A stretch of DNA of 64,000 bases, from positions 256,001-320,000 of the forward strand of contig JAWOEX010000028.1 in assembly GCA_046482545.1 (NCBI GenBank), written 5' to 3'. Position numbers and translations under genes: made by a program. The stretch's first letter is position 1. Each line of letters begins with the position of its first letter. This document shows positions 39,489 to 50,101 of the stretch, piece by piece. This DNA comes from Candidatus Thorarchaeota archaeon (GTDB taxonomy: Archaea > Asgardarchaeota > Thorarchaeia > Thorarchaeales > Thorarchaeaceae). The notes under the pieces are model-generated. The model saw only the letters and a list, made by a program, of their open reading frames with translations, searched no databases and was not told the DNA's origin.

Positions 39489-39510
39489 TGTTCGAACATT
39501 ATATACTTTC
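39489..39510 (-). promoter_or_regulatory. Hydrogenase operon TATA box with adjacent palindrome
   Basis: Minus-strand AAAGTATATAA directly followed by the palindrome TGTTCGAACA (39489-39498). Confidence 0.45.
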
Positions 39511-39673
39511 AGGCACGAAAACCGCCGAAAAAGTTCGGAAAAGCGTCGAAATCCTAAGTTAACCGTCAAAAAAACTTTCCCAAAACAACACCCAACTTGG
39601 GATGTGCCGGTCTGAAAAGCCTTTTATCGTGGACAGACACTTCCGCCCTCAATATCTGAAGGATGTGTATTCT

Positions 39674-40762
39674 ATGACTTTTCAACGCATGCCACTAGAA
39701 CATTGGTTTGACAAATGGCAGTATGAGGTTGACTATGACATCGGCGAGAGCGGTATGAAATTCTTGAAGCTTGGAGAGCTGGACATGAACCTAGAGGATG
39801 TTGATCTCCGGTACGGGTATCATCTCGGATGCCCGGAATTGCGGGAACTAATAGCCGAGCAATACCAAGGCATCTCGATGGAAAATGTGGCAGTAACAAC
39901 CGGAGCTAGTGAAGCCAACTTCGCAATTATCTCGCATCTTGTAGGCAAAGAGGATAATGTGGTGGTTGAGCACCCCACCTATCCCTCGCTGTATCAGGTT
40001 CCTCGATCACTGGAACGTGATTTGAGTCTCTTTCACCTGAAACGAGAAAATGAATTCAAGCCAGATTTGGGCGAGCTTGAAAAACTTGTCAAGCCTGAAA
40101 CAACCCTTATTTCTCTAACACATCCGAACAATCCAACAGGTTCAATGATCAGCGAAAATGAAATCAAAAAGGCAATAGAAGTAGCCGAGAATGTTGATGC
40201 ATACCTTCTGATGGATGAAACCTATCGGGATCTTACTTTCAAAGAGGCACCACCACAAGCAGCCACGCTGAGTTCTAAAGCTATCAGCATAACGAGCATG
40301 TCCAAGGTATATGGTTTACCAGGAATTCGAATCGGCTGGGCGATTGCAGAGAAGCCAGTCATCCAAGCAATACGAGCAGTCCGCGAGCAAATCACCATAT
40401 GCAATTCTGCCCTTGGTGAAGCGATTGCAATTGAGGTGTTGAAGAGAAGATATGCCATAATCAACGATATGAAGGATATGCTTTCTGATAACTATACTAT
40501 CCTTAAGGAATGGATGGAAGGTCAAGACTGGCTTGAATGGATTGAACCGGAAGGTGGTATGGTGTGTGCGCCGTGGCTCGCGAATGGAAAATCAACTAAG
40601 AATCTATGTCGGTTGCTTGCTGAGAAGTACCGCACATTCACAGTACCGGGCTATGGCCTTGAGATGGATAACCATCTGAGAATTGGCTTTGGGGGCGAAA
40701 AGGAAGAGCTCATTGAAGGACTTGACCGCCTAGAAAGAGCACTGAAAAATCTCTATGAGTAG
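39674..40762 (+). CDS. Class I/II PLP-dependent aminotransferase
   Basis: TTGASEA, PNNPTG, DETY, SMSKVYGLPGIRIGW. Confidence 0.9.
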   Translation: MTFQRMPLEHWFDKWQYEVDYDIGESGMKFLKLGELDMNLEDVDLRYGYHLGCPELRELIAEQYQGISMENVAVTTGASEANFAIISHLVGKEDNVVVEHPTYPSLYQVPRSLERDLSLFHLKRENEFKPDLGELEKLVKPETTLISLTHPNNPTGSMISENEIKKAIEVAENVDAYLLMDETYRDLTFKEAPPQAATLSSKAISITSMSKVYGLPGIRIGWAIAEKPVIQAIRAVREQITICNSALGEAIAIEVLKRRYAIINDMKDMLSDNYTILKEWMEGQDWLEWIEPEGGMVCAPWLANGKSTKNLCRLLAEKYRTFTVPGYGLEMDNHLRIGFGGEKEELIEGLDRLERALKNLYE

Positions 40763-40859
40763 ACTAGAGAAAAATGACATTCATTCCTCTGCTTAGGGAA
40801 GCGGCTATATTTGTGGCGCTTATTATGCGGAGTACGGGATAAGCCTTGGATGGCATGAC

Positions 40860-41345
40860 TTGGAAGTCTCCAGTAGTCTACCGAATTGCAGCATGAAAGA
40901 CTTGACCTCAATAGATCAACTCCAACCCCATTCTCGTAATGTCAATGTTCTTTTCCGCGTGTTGAAAATTCTCCCCAAAAGGAAGATTATCTCTACTCGG
41001 ACTAGACGCTACCATCACCCTACCGAGATCATCATTGGGGATCCAACTGCTAAGATTCTGTTTGTTCTATGGGATCCTGTACAAGATTTGGGATGCGGAG
41101 GTGTCTTTCTTCTTCATGATGCAAGAATTCGTATGTACGATTGCTCAATGAGACTTCTTGAAACTATGAAGAGCACATTGAGGAAATGCCCAGAGATGAA
41201 TATCCGTGTTGACACTAATCGGGACATGAGCAAGCCATTTGCCTGGAAGCAGAGGAAAGAACAAGGAATAGAATCTATAGCTCGCTCATTTTCAGGTAAA
41301 GAATCTCCGGAAGACAAAGGGTACTGTTCGTGGAAAGAATTCTGA
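40860..41345 (+). CDS. OB-fold single-stranded nucleic-acid binding protein (SSB/RPA-like)
   Basis: IDQLQP..RNVNVLFRVL, IGDPTAKILFVLWD pattern; start may be 40893. Confidence 0.65.
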   Translation: MEVSSSLPNCSMKDLTSIDQLQPHSRNVNVLFRVLKILPKRKIISTRTRRYHHPTEIIIGDPTAKILFVLWDPVQDLGCGGVFLLHDARIRMYDCSMRLLETMKSTLRKCPEMNIRVDTNRDMSKPFAWKQRKEQGIESIARSFSGKESPEDKGYCSWKEF

Positions 41346-41382
41346 AGATAAGCGTCTCAATTAGAATGCCTTTTGAGGATGT

Positions 41383-42321
41383 ATGAATACGATAATCAGG
41401 GTGGAAATACTGAGAATCAAAATCAAGGGTAAACCTACTCTCTATCCAGAAGCCGCAATTAGAGGAAGATTGAGACTTAGTGGATTGGATCATAAGGCAA
41501 CCGAACAAGTGCTGACGCAGATTCTCAGAAAGCTTCCCGAAGAAAAGCATCTCACTGAACAGAGACTTTTCGAAATTCTTCGGGACAAGCTTGCAGGTGA
41601 AGCCAAGAAACGCTTCGATACAGTAACCAAGTACTACAGTATCAGACGGAATGAGCCTCAGGTACCACCCCTGTTCGTGGCTGTCGAGGGGGCATCTGCG
41701 ACAGGGAAATCAATGCTGGCATTAGAACTCGCTTCAATCTTGGTTACTACAAGGATTATTGGTACCGATACTATTCGGCTGTTGATGCGACAGCAGACTG
41801 ACGAAAAGAAACATCCTGAGTTGTTCTGTCATACATATCAAGCGCATGCGTACAAACGGGCAGGTCCAGACTCGCTCGATAGAATCGTACGGGGATATTT
41901 GGGTCAATGCAATTTGATGAAACCGGTAATCTTCGGGTTGACACAGCGAATCATCAAAGAAGGAGCCTCGGGTCTGATTGAGGGGGTTCATATCATACCT
42001 GGCCAGTTAGAAAAGCTGTCCGATAGTATCATCGAGGTTGTCATCAATCCTCAAATCAAAGTGCATAAGCAGATGTTCTTCAGCAAAGGCATTACAGAGA
42101 AGATTACCACCGTAGATACAGACACCAGCAAGCGCGAACGTGAATTCCACGCTACCAGAAAGATACAGGAATTCATGCTAGAACGAGCAAAGCAAAACGG
42201 TGTATCCATTATTGGCCTAAAGAATTTCGAAGACGCTACTGAAAACCTCATTGATCTTCTCTATGATAGAGTAGAGAACATAATCGGGAAATACGGTACA
42301 GCAGGACCTAGAACAGGATAG
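41383..42321 (+). CDS. 2-phosphoglycerate kinase-like P-loop kinase
   Basis: VEGASATGKS, IGTDTIR, IEGVHIIP, RKIQEFM. Confidence 0.75.
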   Translation: MNTIIRVEILRIKIKGKPTLYPEAAIRGRLRLSGLDHKATEQVLTQILRKLPEEKHLTEQRLFEILRDKLAGEAKKRFDTVTKYYSIRRNEPQVPPLFVAVEGASATGKSMLALELASILVTTRIIGTDTIRLLMRQQTDEKKHPELFCHTYQAHAYKRAGPDSLDRIVRGYLGQCNLMKPVIFGLTQRIIKEGASGLIEGVHIIPGQLEKLSDSIIEVVINPQIKVHKQMFFSKGITEKITTVDTDTSKREREFHATRKIQEFMLERAKQNGVSIIGLKNFEDATENLIDLLYDRVENIIGKYGTAGPRTG

Positions 42322-42366
42322 AGCGGCTCAGGTTGGAGCTCCCTGCTGGAGATTTCCCGAGCCGCT
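42322..42366. other. GC-rich stem-loop between convergent genes
   Basis: AGCGGCTC/GAGCCGCT outer stem, CTCC/GGAG inner stem. Confidence 0.45.
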
Positions 42367-42408
42367 TGCTTGCGTGGTTTTTGTACTTTGAATAGCGATT
42401 CGTGCTTT

Positions 42409-42621
42409 CTAGCACGAACTATGTGTTATCGCCATTTCTGGGCAATTTTCAACACAGGCACAGCACTCAATGCATTCATCTACAAGTGGTGCAGTTGCCT
42501 TTTCATCAACGAGCTCAAAGACTGCTGTGGGACATACGTCAACACAGACAGCTGCCCCCACGCACTTGTCATGATCGATTTCGATTTCTATACCAAGTTC
42601 TTCTGATTCATAGACCGGCAT
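42409..42621 (-). CDS. Dicluster ferredoxin
   Basis: CVGAAVCVDVCP and CIECCACVENCP; start ATG 42621. Confidence 0.9.
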   Translation of the reverse strand: MPVYESEELGIEIEIDHDKCVGAAVCVDVCPTAVFELVDEKATAPLVDECIECCACVENCPEMAITHSSC

Positions 42622-42758
42622 TTTTTTACACATCCGAGTCATTTTTTGAGTTTCAGGGTATCTTATAAGCATGGAGTATCCGGCTACTATTGCGAAGACG
42701 CCAAGAGAGTGAATGGATGACGCATTAACCAAGATGAGTTGCAAAGAGGTAACTACAC

Positions 42759-44150
42759 TTGAGCTGGAAGAAAGCATCAATTCATAAGCTTTTCAATCCC
42801 GAAAGCATCGCTGTGATTGGAGCCTCACCAAGGCCTGAAAGCCTAGGTGCTTTGACCTTCACAGCTTTGACCAAGTATAGCGGCAAGAAGTATCTCGTAA
42901 ACCCACGGTATCAGCAGATTGGTGATATGAGATGCTATAAGTCAGTTCTTGATGTGCCAGACGAAATTGACCTTGCCATTCTGGCACTTGGGGCGTCTCA
43001 TGTTCTAGATGTGGTGAGAGAATGTGCTGAGAAGCAAGCTCAATCAGCAATCATTTTTGCTGCTGGTTTCAAAGAACTGGGTGGAAGGGGCAAAAAACTA
43101 CAGACGGAACTCAAAAGGGTTGCCAATGATGGAGAGATAGCAGTCATAGGACCCAATTGCCTTGGTGCGGGCAATGTCCGCTTGGACCTCAACGCTACAT
43201 TCTTTCCACATCCGGCCCCACTCGAAAACGGTAGCGTGTCTGTCATAAGCCAGTCAGGAGGTGTTTCTGGTTTGATGCTGTACAGGGCATCCGAAGCAGG
43301 CGTGGGCATTTCCAAGTTTGCAAGTATTGGGAACAGAGTGAATGTCGATTTCAATGACCTTCTTAGATACTTCAGAACTGACCCCGAGACAAAAGTTGTC
43401 TGCCTGTTTGTTGAAGGTACTGGCGATGCCCGACTCATGTATGAAGAAATGCGGAAGACAACCAATGAGAAAGACGTAGTTGTTTACAAAGTTGGCAAAA
43501 CTCCTGCATCCAAGAAAGCTGCATTGAGTCACACGGGTAGCCTTGCTGGAAACGCTACGCTCTATTCCGCGGCTTTCAGACAGGCTCGCGCCGTTGAAGT
43601 TGACAGCATACAAGAGATGATGGATTCAGCAAAGGTTTTGTCTGTACAAATGGCCAGTGAAAGAGGAAAGAAAGTAGCAGTCATAACCCATAGCCTAGGT
43701 ATTGCACTGATAGCAGCACAGAAGCTTGAACAACATGGTATGCATCTTCCCGAACCTTCACCAGGAACAGTAACTGCAATCAGAAATCTTCTGGACATGA
43801 ATGTCGAGATTCCGGTGTCCAATCCGGTGGACTTGCTGGCTAAAGGATGGGCAGAGCCAGATGTGTTCGCAAAAGCATTCGATGTCGTTCTCAATGACAA
43901 TACCTATGATGCGATACTAACTGTATTCAGCCCCAACTTCCAAGAGGGAATTGGAGGGGGGATGCCCGCCCAAGCAGTAGTTGATGCAAAGAGGGGCAGC
44001 AACAAGCCTGTGGTCAGCGTCCTCAATGCTCCACGGAGTCATGTTCCACATGGAAAAAATGTACTCGAAGATGGCGGTATTCCCACCTTTGCAAGCCCTG
44101 AGAGGGCGGCAATTGCTCTATCAACACTCCTTGCAGGAAAGACCAGATAG
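42759..44150 (+). CDS. ADP-forming acyl-CoA synthetase alpha subunit
   Basis: PESIAVIGAS, GPNCLG, SQSGG, SIGN, SHTGSLAG phospho-His, NPVD. Confidence 0.88.
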   Translation: MSWKKASIHKLFNPESIAVIGASPRPESLGALTFTALTKYSGKKYLVNPRYQQIGDMRCYKSVLDVPDEIDLAILALGASHVLDVVRECAEKQAQSAIIFAAGFKELGGRGKKLQTELKRVANDGEIAVIGPNCLGAGNVRLDLNATFFPHPAPLENGSVSVISQSGGVSGLMLYRASEAGVGISKFASIGNRVNVDFNDLLRYFRTDPETKVVCLFVEGTGDARLMYEEMRKTTNEKDVVVYKVGKTPASKKAALSHTGSLAGNATLYSAAFRQARAVEVDSIQEMMDSAKVLSVQMASERGKKVAVITHSLGIALIAAQKLEQHGMHLPEPSPGTVTAIRNLLDMNVEIPVSNPVDLLAKGWAEPDVFAKAFDVVLNDNTYDAILTVFSPNFQEGIGGGMPAQAVVDAKRGSNKPVVSVLNAPRSHVPHGKNVLEDGGIPTFASPERAAIALSTLLAGKTR

Positions 44151-44182
44151 TGTGCGCATTGTATTCAAAACAAAAGAATATG

Positions 44183-44536
44183 TCACCACTCATTGGAGAA
44201 GAATACAAGCCAAGCTACAACGGCTTCGAGGACATCCGTGGGGGCTCTATCAAGCCTGAATATGGTCGATCCCGATGGAGTCATAATGGAAGAGCTGCTT
44301 AGCCGGAATTTTGTAGACCCAGAAGAAGTCATGACGGTTGAATCATCGTATCTGGCTAAGGTACTACCAGATGAATCGAGAATGCTTCCGCCTTGAATGC
44401 TTCCCAGAGTCCTCCCTGCATCATCAAGAACACAATCTGAGAGAAATTCGCATAGAATACGTCGTGAGGAATCACGGACCTCCTCATCTTCAATGTATGC
44501 AAGAGTTGAACCGCTGATGTTCCGAAGAATCATAGA
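44183..44536 (-). CDS. Beta-hairpin repeat protein (beta-flower/scramblase-like)
   Basis: ~16-aa repeats of the form I.D.SG.T.A; C-terminal hydrophobic helix. Confidence 0.55.
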   Translation of the reverse strand, partial: SMILRNISGSTLAYIEDEEVRDSSRRILCEFLSDCVLDDAGRTLGSIQGGSILDSSGSTLARYDDSTVMTSSGSTKFRLSSSSIMTPSGSTIFRLDRAPTDVLEAVVAWLVFFSNEW

Positions 44537-44658
44537 CCCATCACAAGGTTTCATCAGACGCATACAATTTTAGTGTATTCTTAGAAAAACCTTCATGACG
44601 CGACAATGGGAAGATACTAAATGGGGAAGGTCATGGTGAAGTTGAATGGGGATGACGA

Positions 44659-45327
44659 TTGTCGGACTCTGAAAATGAAGGAAAAAGGGATATTGACCTC
44701 ATATCTAATGATAGTGATACCACATTTTTTGAGAGTATTATGCATCAGCTAGAAATAACTGGGGGTACCCAAATTGCTAGGCGATACCTGGCTATGAACG
44801 CTTTTGACGGGATTTTACCCGTGGTTGGAATCATTATGGGCGGTTTCATATCGCTCGCAAATCAAAATTCTCAACTCGTTTTCGAGACAATTTTGCTGAG
44901 CTCAATAGGAACAGCCATAGCGATGTTCGTATCAGGTATAACGAGCTCGTACTTGACTGAGCAAGCTGAAAGGAAACGAGATGTGAAGGAACTCGAAAAA
45001 TCTATGCTCTCAGACATGGGTCATACTGTCTATGCAAAGGCCAGCAGGACAACAACTATCGTAGTCTCAATCATTAACGGTATATCGCCTACCTTTGCAG
45101 CTCTCGGAACTATCACACCTATGTTCATCGCGCTTACAGGCCTCCTAGACTATGTAGTTTCAATGTATGCCTCAATTGTCGCTGGACTGATTCTTCTTTA
45201 CGCGTTGGGCATGTTTTTGGGAAAAATATCCAAGGTGAATCTTTGGATTGCAGGTCTCAAGACTCTGGCTGCCGGATTCCTGACAGTAATCCTCATGATA
45301 ATAATCTCCATACTTACTTCCACTTGA
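44659..45327 (+). CDS. VIT1/CCC1-family metal transporter
   Basis: RRYLAMNAFDGIL, AMFVSG..SSYLTEQAER..ELEKSM, five TM segments. Confidence 0.85.
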   Translation: MSDSENEGKRDIDLISNDSDTTFFESIMHQLEITGGTQIARRYLAMNAFDGILPVVGIIMGGFISLANQNSQLVFETILLSSIGTAIAMFVSGITSSYLTEQAERKRDVKELEKSMLSDMGHTVYAKASRTTTIVVSIINGISPTFAALGTITPMFIALTGLLDYVVSMYASIVAGLILLYALGMFLGKISKVNLWIAGLKTLAAGFLTVILMIIISILTST

Positions 45328-45342
45328 AGTGCCTGCCATGTG

Positions 45343-45895
45343 ATGATATTGTGAGAAAAGAAGCCCCGCTGTTTCGGTTGTGACGATGGTAAGAGCAACT
45401 TCACTGAACGAATCGACGATGAGCTTGAGCTAACCAGTTGGATTGAAGTACCATGAAGACATGTCGCCCTTGAGGTATTTGAAGGTGTATTGCCTATACT
45501 GGAACTGAGTACGGCAAGCGTCATATCATTATATGTTGAGCCTGAATTTTTCGGCTTCGAGCCGATTCTTTTGGCGTCACTTGATACAAGTGTGATAACG
45601 TTCCTCGCAGGTTTCAGTACATTGTATCTCACCGAAGAGGCAAAATGAAAAATCATACTGGTGGAACTCGAATTTTTTAGATAAGGAGAACACAACCACA
45701 GCACCCTAATGAATAGGAAAGGACACTGGTCGTTTCCCCGCATTGATGGACTAACATCTTAATGCAATACCCATCTTCATAACCCCGCTTTTCTTCGTTT
45801 TCTCCCGCTGGTTGCAACCATTACACATTTTCTATCGCTCGTTCATTATGCGACTCATTCTGTTGATTATATACATCATCTCTACGGCGACTGAT
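45343..45895 (+). pseudogene. Decayed tandem VIT1/CCC1 paralogue
   Basis: Frame from 45418 aligns to the upstream gene (FEGVLP vs FDGILP, FEPILLAS vs FETILLSS, YLTEEA vs YLTEQA) with stops at 45454, 45646 and 45682 and a later frameshift (ITPLF vs ITPMF). Confidence 0.8.
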
Positions 45896-45961
45896 GCTCC
45901 GCAACACTGAACCCAAAACCTATTTCTTGCAAACCACGAACCCCAGAGGTGGAGACCTATC

Positions 45962-48559
45962 TTGAATAAACTCACTCCGATGCAAAGCCAATATTTAGAG
46001 CTCAAAAGGCAGCACCAAGACTGCCTTCTGTTATTCAGGCTAGGTGATTTCTATGAGCTCTTCAATGAAGATGCAGAGATAGCGTCCCAAATTTTGGATA
46101 TCGTCCTCACTTCTCGGGGCGAAGGGGTGGATAGCTGGCCGATGTGCGGTGTGCCCTATCATTCAGTAGAACAGTATATAGCAGAATTGCTTGAGGCTGG
46201 ACATACTGTTGCTTTGGCGGACCAAGTAGAAGATTCGTCAGAAGCAAAGGGGCTTGTTCGAAGAGAAGTCGTACGTGTAATCACTCCAGGCACTGTATTA
46301 GAGAGTTCCATGCTCGAAAGCAGCGCCAACAATTACTTAACAGCCATGGTTGTCCATGAAGAGATGGTGGGGCTTGCTGCTGTTGACATATCCACAGGCG
46401 AATTCATAGCAACCCAATTCAAAGCCCTCCCTGAAAGCGAGGTATTGATGAGTGAGCTTGCAAGATTAAATCCATCCGAGCTCCTCCTTCCCGAGTCTAT
46501 GGCCGGGAAAAAAGTGGTCAAAGAGTTGCGGGAAGGAGTGAAAAAGGTTGACTTTAGAAAGGATCTTGATTTTTCATCTAAGACAGCCGAAAGAACAGTC
46601 AAGGAGCAGTTTGGTGTGACCACACTGGATGGCTATGGTCTCGCCGACAAACCTGTTGCCTTGGGTGCAGTGGGTGCAGTTCTGGCCTATCTCTCTGAAG
46701 TGCACAGAGGACAGAAAGCCGCTTTGACAGGAATAAGAACCTATTCGATTAAGGATCATATGACGATTGATGCCATTACTCAGCGTAATCTGGAACTTGT
46801 AAAAAATGCAAGAGATGGTTCTACCCGCGGCACATTGCTTTCAGTTCTGTCTGAGACTAGTACGCCCATGGGTCGAAGAAAACTCAAACAGTGGATGCTT
46901 CAGCCTCTCATGGACACGGAGAAAATCAACAATCGACTTGACGCTGTTGAAGAAATGGCGAGGTCAGCCATCGCCAGAAAGAACATTTCGGACAAGCTTG
47001 ACAAAATCGGTGATTTTGAACGTCTCGTCAGTAGGATTGCCTTCGGTACAGCAAATGGACGGGACCTAGTTTCTCTCAGAGCCATTCTTGCCAGAATCCC
47101 TGACATTGAAGAAACCCTTCAGGGCTGTGATTGTTCGCTTTTTGAGTCAGCAGCTGATTCCATAGAATCGCTAGATGATTTGAGAACCACACTTGTACAA
47201 GCAATTGTTGATGACCCGCCAGCAACTGTGAAGGAAGGAGGGATAATCAAAGAGGGGTATGACGACCAGCTGGACTCCATGAAAGCTGAGATAGCAGCTG
47301 ACAAAGAATGGATCAGAGACCTACAGGGTAAAGAGAGAAAACGAACAGGCATAAAGTCGCTGAAAGTTGGCTATAACAAGGTCTTTGGCTACTACTTGGA
47401 AGTAACCAACGCCAATACTGACAAGGTTCCACCGGAGTATGAACGGAAGCAAACGTTAACCAATTCCGAGAGATACATTACGCCGGAGCTAAAGGAAAAA
47501 GAAGCAACTGTTCTCGCCGGGGAGGAGAAAATCAACCAGCTCGAGTACGAATTATATGAACAGCTGCGGTCAAACGTGAAGGAAAGGGTCAAGCCATTGC
47601 GAAGGAATTCTCAAGCTATCGCCTTGGCGGATGTAATTGTGTCCTTAGCAGAAGTAGCGGTGAAGAGAGGATACAACCGGCCAAAGGTAGTAGAAGATAA
47701 GATCATCCGTGTGGTAGAAGGACGGCATCCTGCAATGGAAGTGGCTCTGGGCAGAAATGAGTTCGTGCCAAACAGCCTGAGTATGGGAGAAGACGGTACC
47801 ACATTACTGATTCTAACTGGCCCAAACATGGGCGGCAAAAGCACCTATATGCGCCAAAACGCATTGATTGTTCTACTTGCTCAGATGGGGTCGTTTGTAC
47901 CTGCTAAGAAAGCAACCATCGGCTTGTGCGACCGTATTTTCACGCGTGTTGGTGCCTTTGATGATTTGACTGCCAGTCAATCAACCTTCATGGTTGAGAT
48001 GATTGAGACTGCCAATATCCTGAACAACGCTACTGAACGAAGTTTGGTCATACTTGACGAAGTTGGTAGAGGAACAAGTACCTATGATGGTATGGCTCTG
48101 GCATGGGCAGTAGCGGAAGAGATTGCCAAAATGAAGACACGGACCCTCTTCGCCACGCATTATCACCATTTAACAGAAATGGCCGAAGATTACCACGGGG
48201 TCAAAAACGTCCATACTCTGGCGAAAGAAGCAGGTGATGATATCGTATTTCTCTACAAAGTTGTCGCCGGTGCCACCGATGAAAGCTATGGTGTTCATGT
48301 GGCATCATTGGCCGGGGTACCAGACCCAGTAGTGACCAGAGCTGCGGAAATGCTAAGGAAATTCGAAAACGAGAAACCAGCGGCAGCCAATCTTGATACA
48401 AGTGAAGAAGCTGTTGTCCAGCAGATGAGTTTGGAACCGCTGACAGTGGAAGATCCTATTCTCGAAGAAATCAAGAATATGGACTTGGACAGAACAACAC
48501 CGATAGACTCTCTTCTTGCATTGAGAGAGTTCCAAGAACGGATTCGTGATAGGGAATAG
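45962..48559 (+). CDS. mutS: DNA mismatch repair protein MutS (MutS1)
   Basis: GDFYELF, PMCGVP, TGPNMGGKST, STFMVE, LDEVGRGT, ATHY, SYG. Confidence 0.97.
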   Translation: MNKLTPMQSQYLELKRQHQDCLLLFRLGDFYELFNEDAEIASQILDIVLTSRGEGVDSWPMCGVPYHSVEQYIAELLEAGHTVALADQVEDSSEAKGLVRREVVRVITPGTVLESSMLESSANNYLTAMVVHEEMVGLAAVDISTGEFIATQFKALPESEVLMSELARLNPSELLLPESMAGKKVVKELREGVKKVDFRKDLDFSSKTAERTVKEQFGVTTLDGYGLADKPVALGAVGAVLAYLSEVHRGQKAALTGIRTYSIKDHMTIDAITQRNLELVKNARDGSTRGTLLSVLSETSTPMGRRKLKQWMLQPLMDTEKINNRLDAVEEMARSAIARKNISDKLDKIGDFERLVSRIAFGTANGRDLVSLRAILARIPDIEETLQGCDCSLFESAADSIESLDDLRTTLVQAIVDDPPATVKEGGIIKEGYDDQLDSMKAEIAADKEWIRDLQGKERKRTGIKSLKVGYNKVFGYYLEVTNANTDKVPPEYERKQTLTNSERYITPELKEKEATVLAGEEKINQLEYELYEQLRSNVKERVKPLRRNSQAIALADVIVSLAEVAVKRGYNRPKVVEDKIIRVVEGRHPAMEVALGRNEFVPNSLSMGEDGTTLLILTGPNMGGKSTYMRQNALIVLLAQMGSFVPAKKATIGLCDRIFTRVGAFDDLTASQSTFMVEMIETANILNNATERSLVILDEVGRGTSTYDGMALAWAVAEEIAKMKTRTLFATHYHHLTEMAEDYHGVKNVHTLAKEAGDDIVFLYKVVAGATDESYGVHVASLAGVPDPVVTRAAEMLRKFENEKPAAANLDTSEEAVVQQMSLEPLTVEDPILEEIKNMDLDRTTPIDSLLALREFQERIRDRE

Positions 48560-48666
48560 TGCCACATAACTGAATTCCGCATGGACGATGAGCCAAGGCT
48601 TTAATCACCGCCGAATCATATATACGGGGGAATCCTGTAGTCTCACATAGAGAGGTTTGAAAAACA

Positions 48667-49329
48667 TTGGATGTTCTCATTTCTCCATCGATACTCTCAG
48701 CTGATTTCGCCCGGCTTCAAGAAGACATTCGAAAAGCCGAAGCAGGAAATCCAGACTATTTTCACCTTGATATTATGGACGGCCATTTCGTGCCGAATAT
48801 CTCGTACGGTCCGATTATGGCCGAGACAATGAAGAGAATAACAGACAAACCGCTCGACGCACATCTAATGATAACCAATCCTGACAAGTACATCCCCGAC
48901 TTTGTGGACGCGGGTGTCGAAATCATCTACCCGCAAATTGAAGCAACCTACGACATATTCAGGACTGTTCAGTTGATACGAGACCTTGGAGCCACGGCAG
49001 GAATCACTTTGAATCCTGGAACTCCAGTAGATCAGGTAATTCCTTTGCTTGAGTTGGTGGACTACATCATGATCATGAGCGTCTGCCCGGGCTTTGGAGG
49101 GCAAGAGTTCATTGAATTGTCGATACCCCGCATCACAAAACTCAGAGGTATTCTTGATGAATACAAACCGGAAATCAAGATAGCAGTTGATGGAGGAATT
49201 GGAGTCTCAAACATTGGTCGGCTTCACGAGGCGGGGGCAGAATTTTTCATCGCTGGTTCAGCCATATTCAAAGCGGGAGACATAGGACAGGCAGTTGAGG
49301 ATTTGAGGAACACAGCTAAGAATCATTGA
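48667..49329 (+). CDS. rpe: Ribulose-phosphate 3-epimerase
   Basis: [35 protein letters not shown]. Confidence 0.95.
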   Translation: MDVLISPSILSADFARLQEDIRKAEAGNPDYFHLDIMDGHFVPNISYGPIMAETMKRITDKPLDAHLMITNPDKYIPDFVDAGVEIIYPQIEATYDIFRTVQLIRDLGATAGITLNPGTPVDQVIPLLELVDYIMIMSVCPGFGGQEFIELSIPRITKLRGILDEYKPEIKIAVDGGIGVSNIGRLHEAGAEFFIAGSAIFKAGDIGQAVEDLRNTAKNH

Positions 49330-49438
49330 GTATGGTCATATCATACCAGGAACCAAAACGAATATCATCAAGCTTTGTGTTTGGAGAAGACAAGAAGATA
49401 TAACCGACAACCTGAAGCGTAATCAAGAGCTGATAAAG

Positions 49439-50083
49439 ATGAAATTCTTCATAGATACCGCTAACGTAGAAGCAATCAGGAAGGCCCATGAACGAGGCAT
49501 GGTTGATGGAGTCACAACGAACCCAACGCTCGTATCAAGGGAGGGTAGAGACTTCAGAGAACTCGTTGACGAAATAGCCTCTTTTGTAGACGGGCCAATA
49601 AGCTTGGAAGTCATCAGTGAAGATGCTGAAGGGATGATTGAAGAAGCACGTGACCTTAACACATGGATTGATAATGCTGCAATCAAGATACCCATGACGT
49701 GGGAAGGCTTGAAGGCCGTTAGAGTCCTCTCTAGGGAAGGAATTGCTACTAACGTGACATTGTGCTTCAGTCCAAATCAAGCACTTCTCGCTGCCAAGGC
49801 AGGTGCATCATTCGTTTCACCGTTTATAGGACGGTTGGACGATGTTGGCCACACAGGGATGCAGATTGTTGTCGATATCAAGGAAATCTATGATAATTTC
49901 GATTTTGATACCGAGATTATCGTAGCGAGTATTAGGCATCCACTTCATGTCTATGAATCTGCTGTCGTTGGCGCTGACATAGCCACTATCCCTCCAGCAG
50001 TCCTTGACAAAATGGTGAATCACCCGCTCACAGATGTCGGAATCGAACGCTTCCTTGATGACTGGAAGAGCATGAAGGAATAA
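49439..50083 (+). CDS. tal: Transaldolase (short/Fsa-like type)
   Basis: [36 protein letters not shown]. Confidence 0.93.
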   Translation: MKFFIDTANVEAIRKAHERGMVDGVTTNPTLVSREGRDFRELVDEIASFVDGPISLEVISEDAEGMIEEARDLNTWIDNAAIKIPMTWEGLKAVRVLSREGIATNVTLCFSPNQALLAAKAGASFVSPFIGRLDDVGHTGMQIVVDIKEIYDNFDFDTEIIVASIRHPLHVYESAVVGADIATIPPAVLDKMVNHPLTDVGIERFLDDWKSMKE

Positions 50084-50101
50084 TCCCAAGCTGTGGTTAA
50101 G

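Noticed and set aside
42622-42780. N-terminal extension or signal peptide on the ferredoxin
   Set aside because: It overlaps the divergent promoter region and the ACD start; ATG 42621 gives a normal 70-aa ferredoxin
45418-45684. TGA recoding in the VIT1-like remnant
   Set aside because: It also contains TAA stops, a frameshift and many disruptive substitutions, so decay explains it
45198-45743. 181-aa minus-strand ORF
   Set aside because: Antisense shadow of VIT1 and its pseudogene
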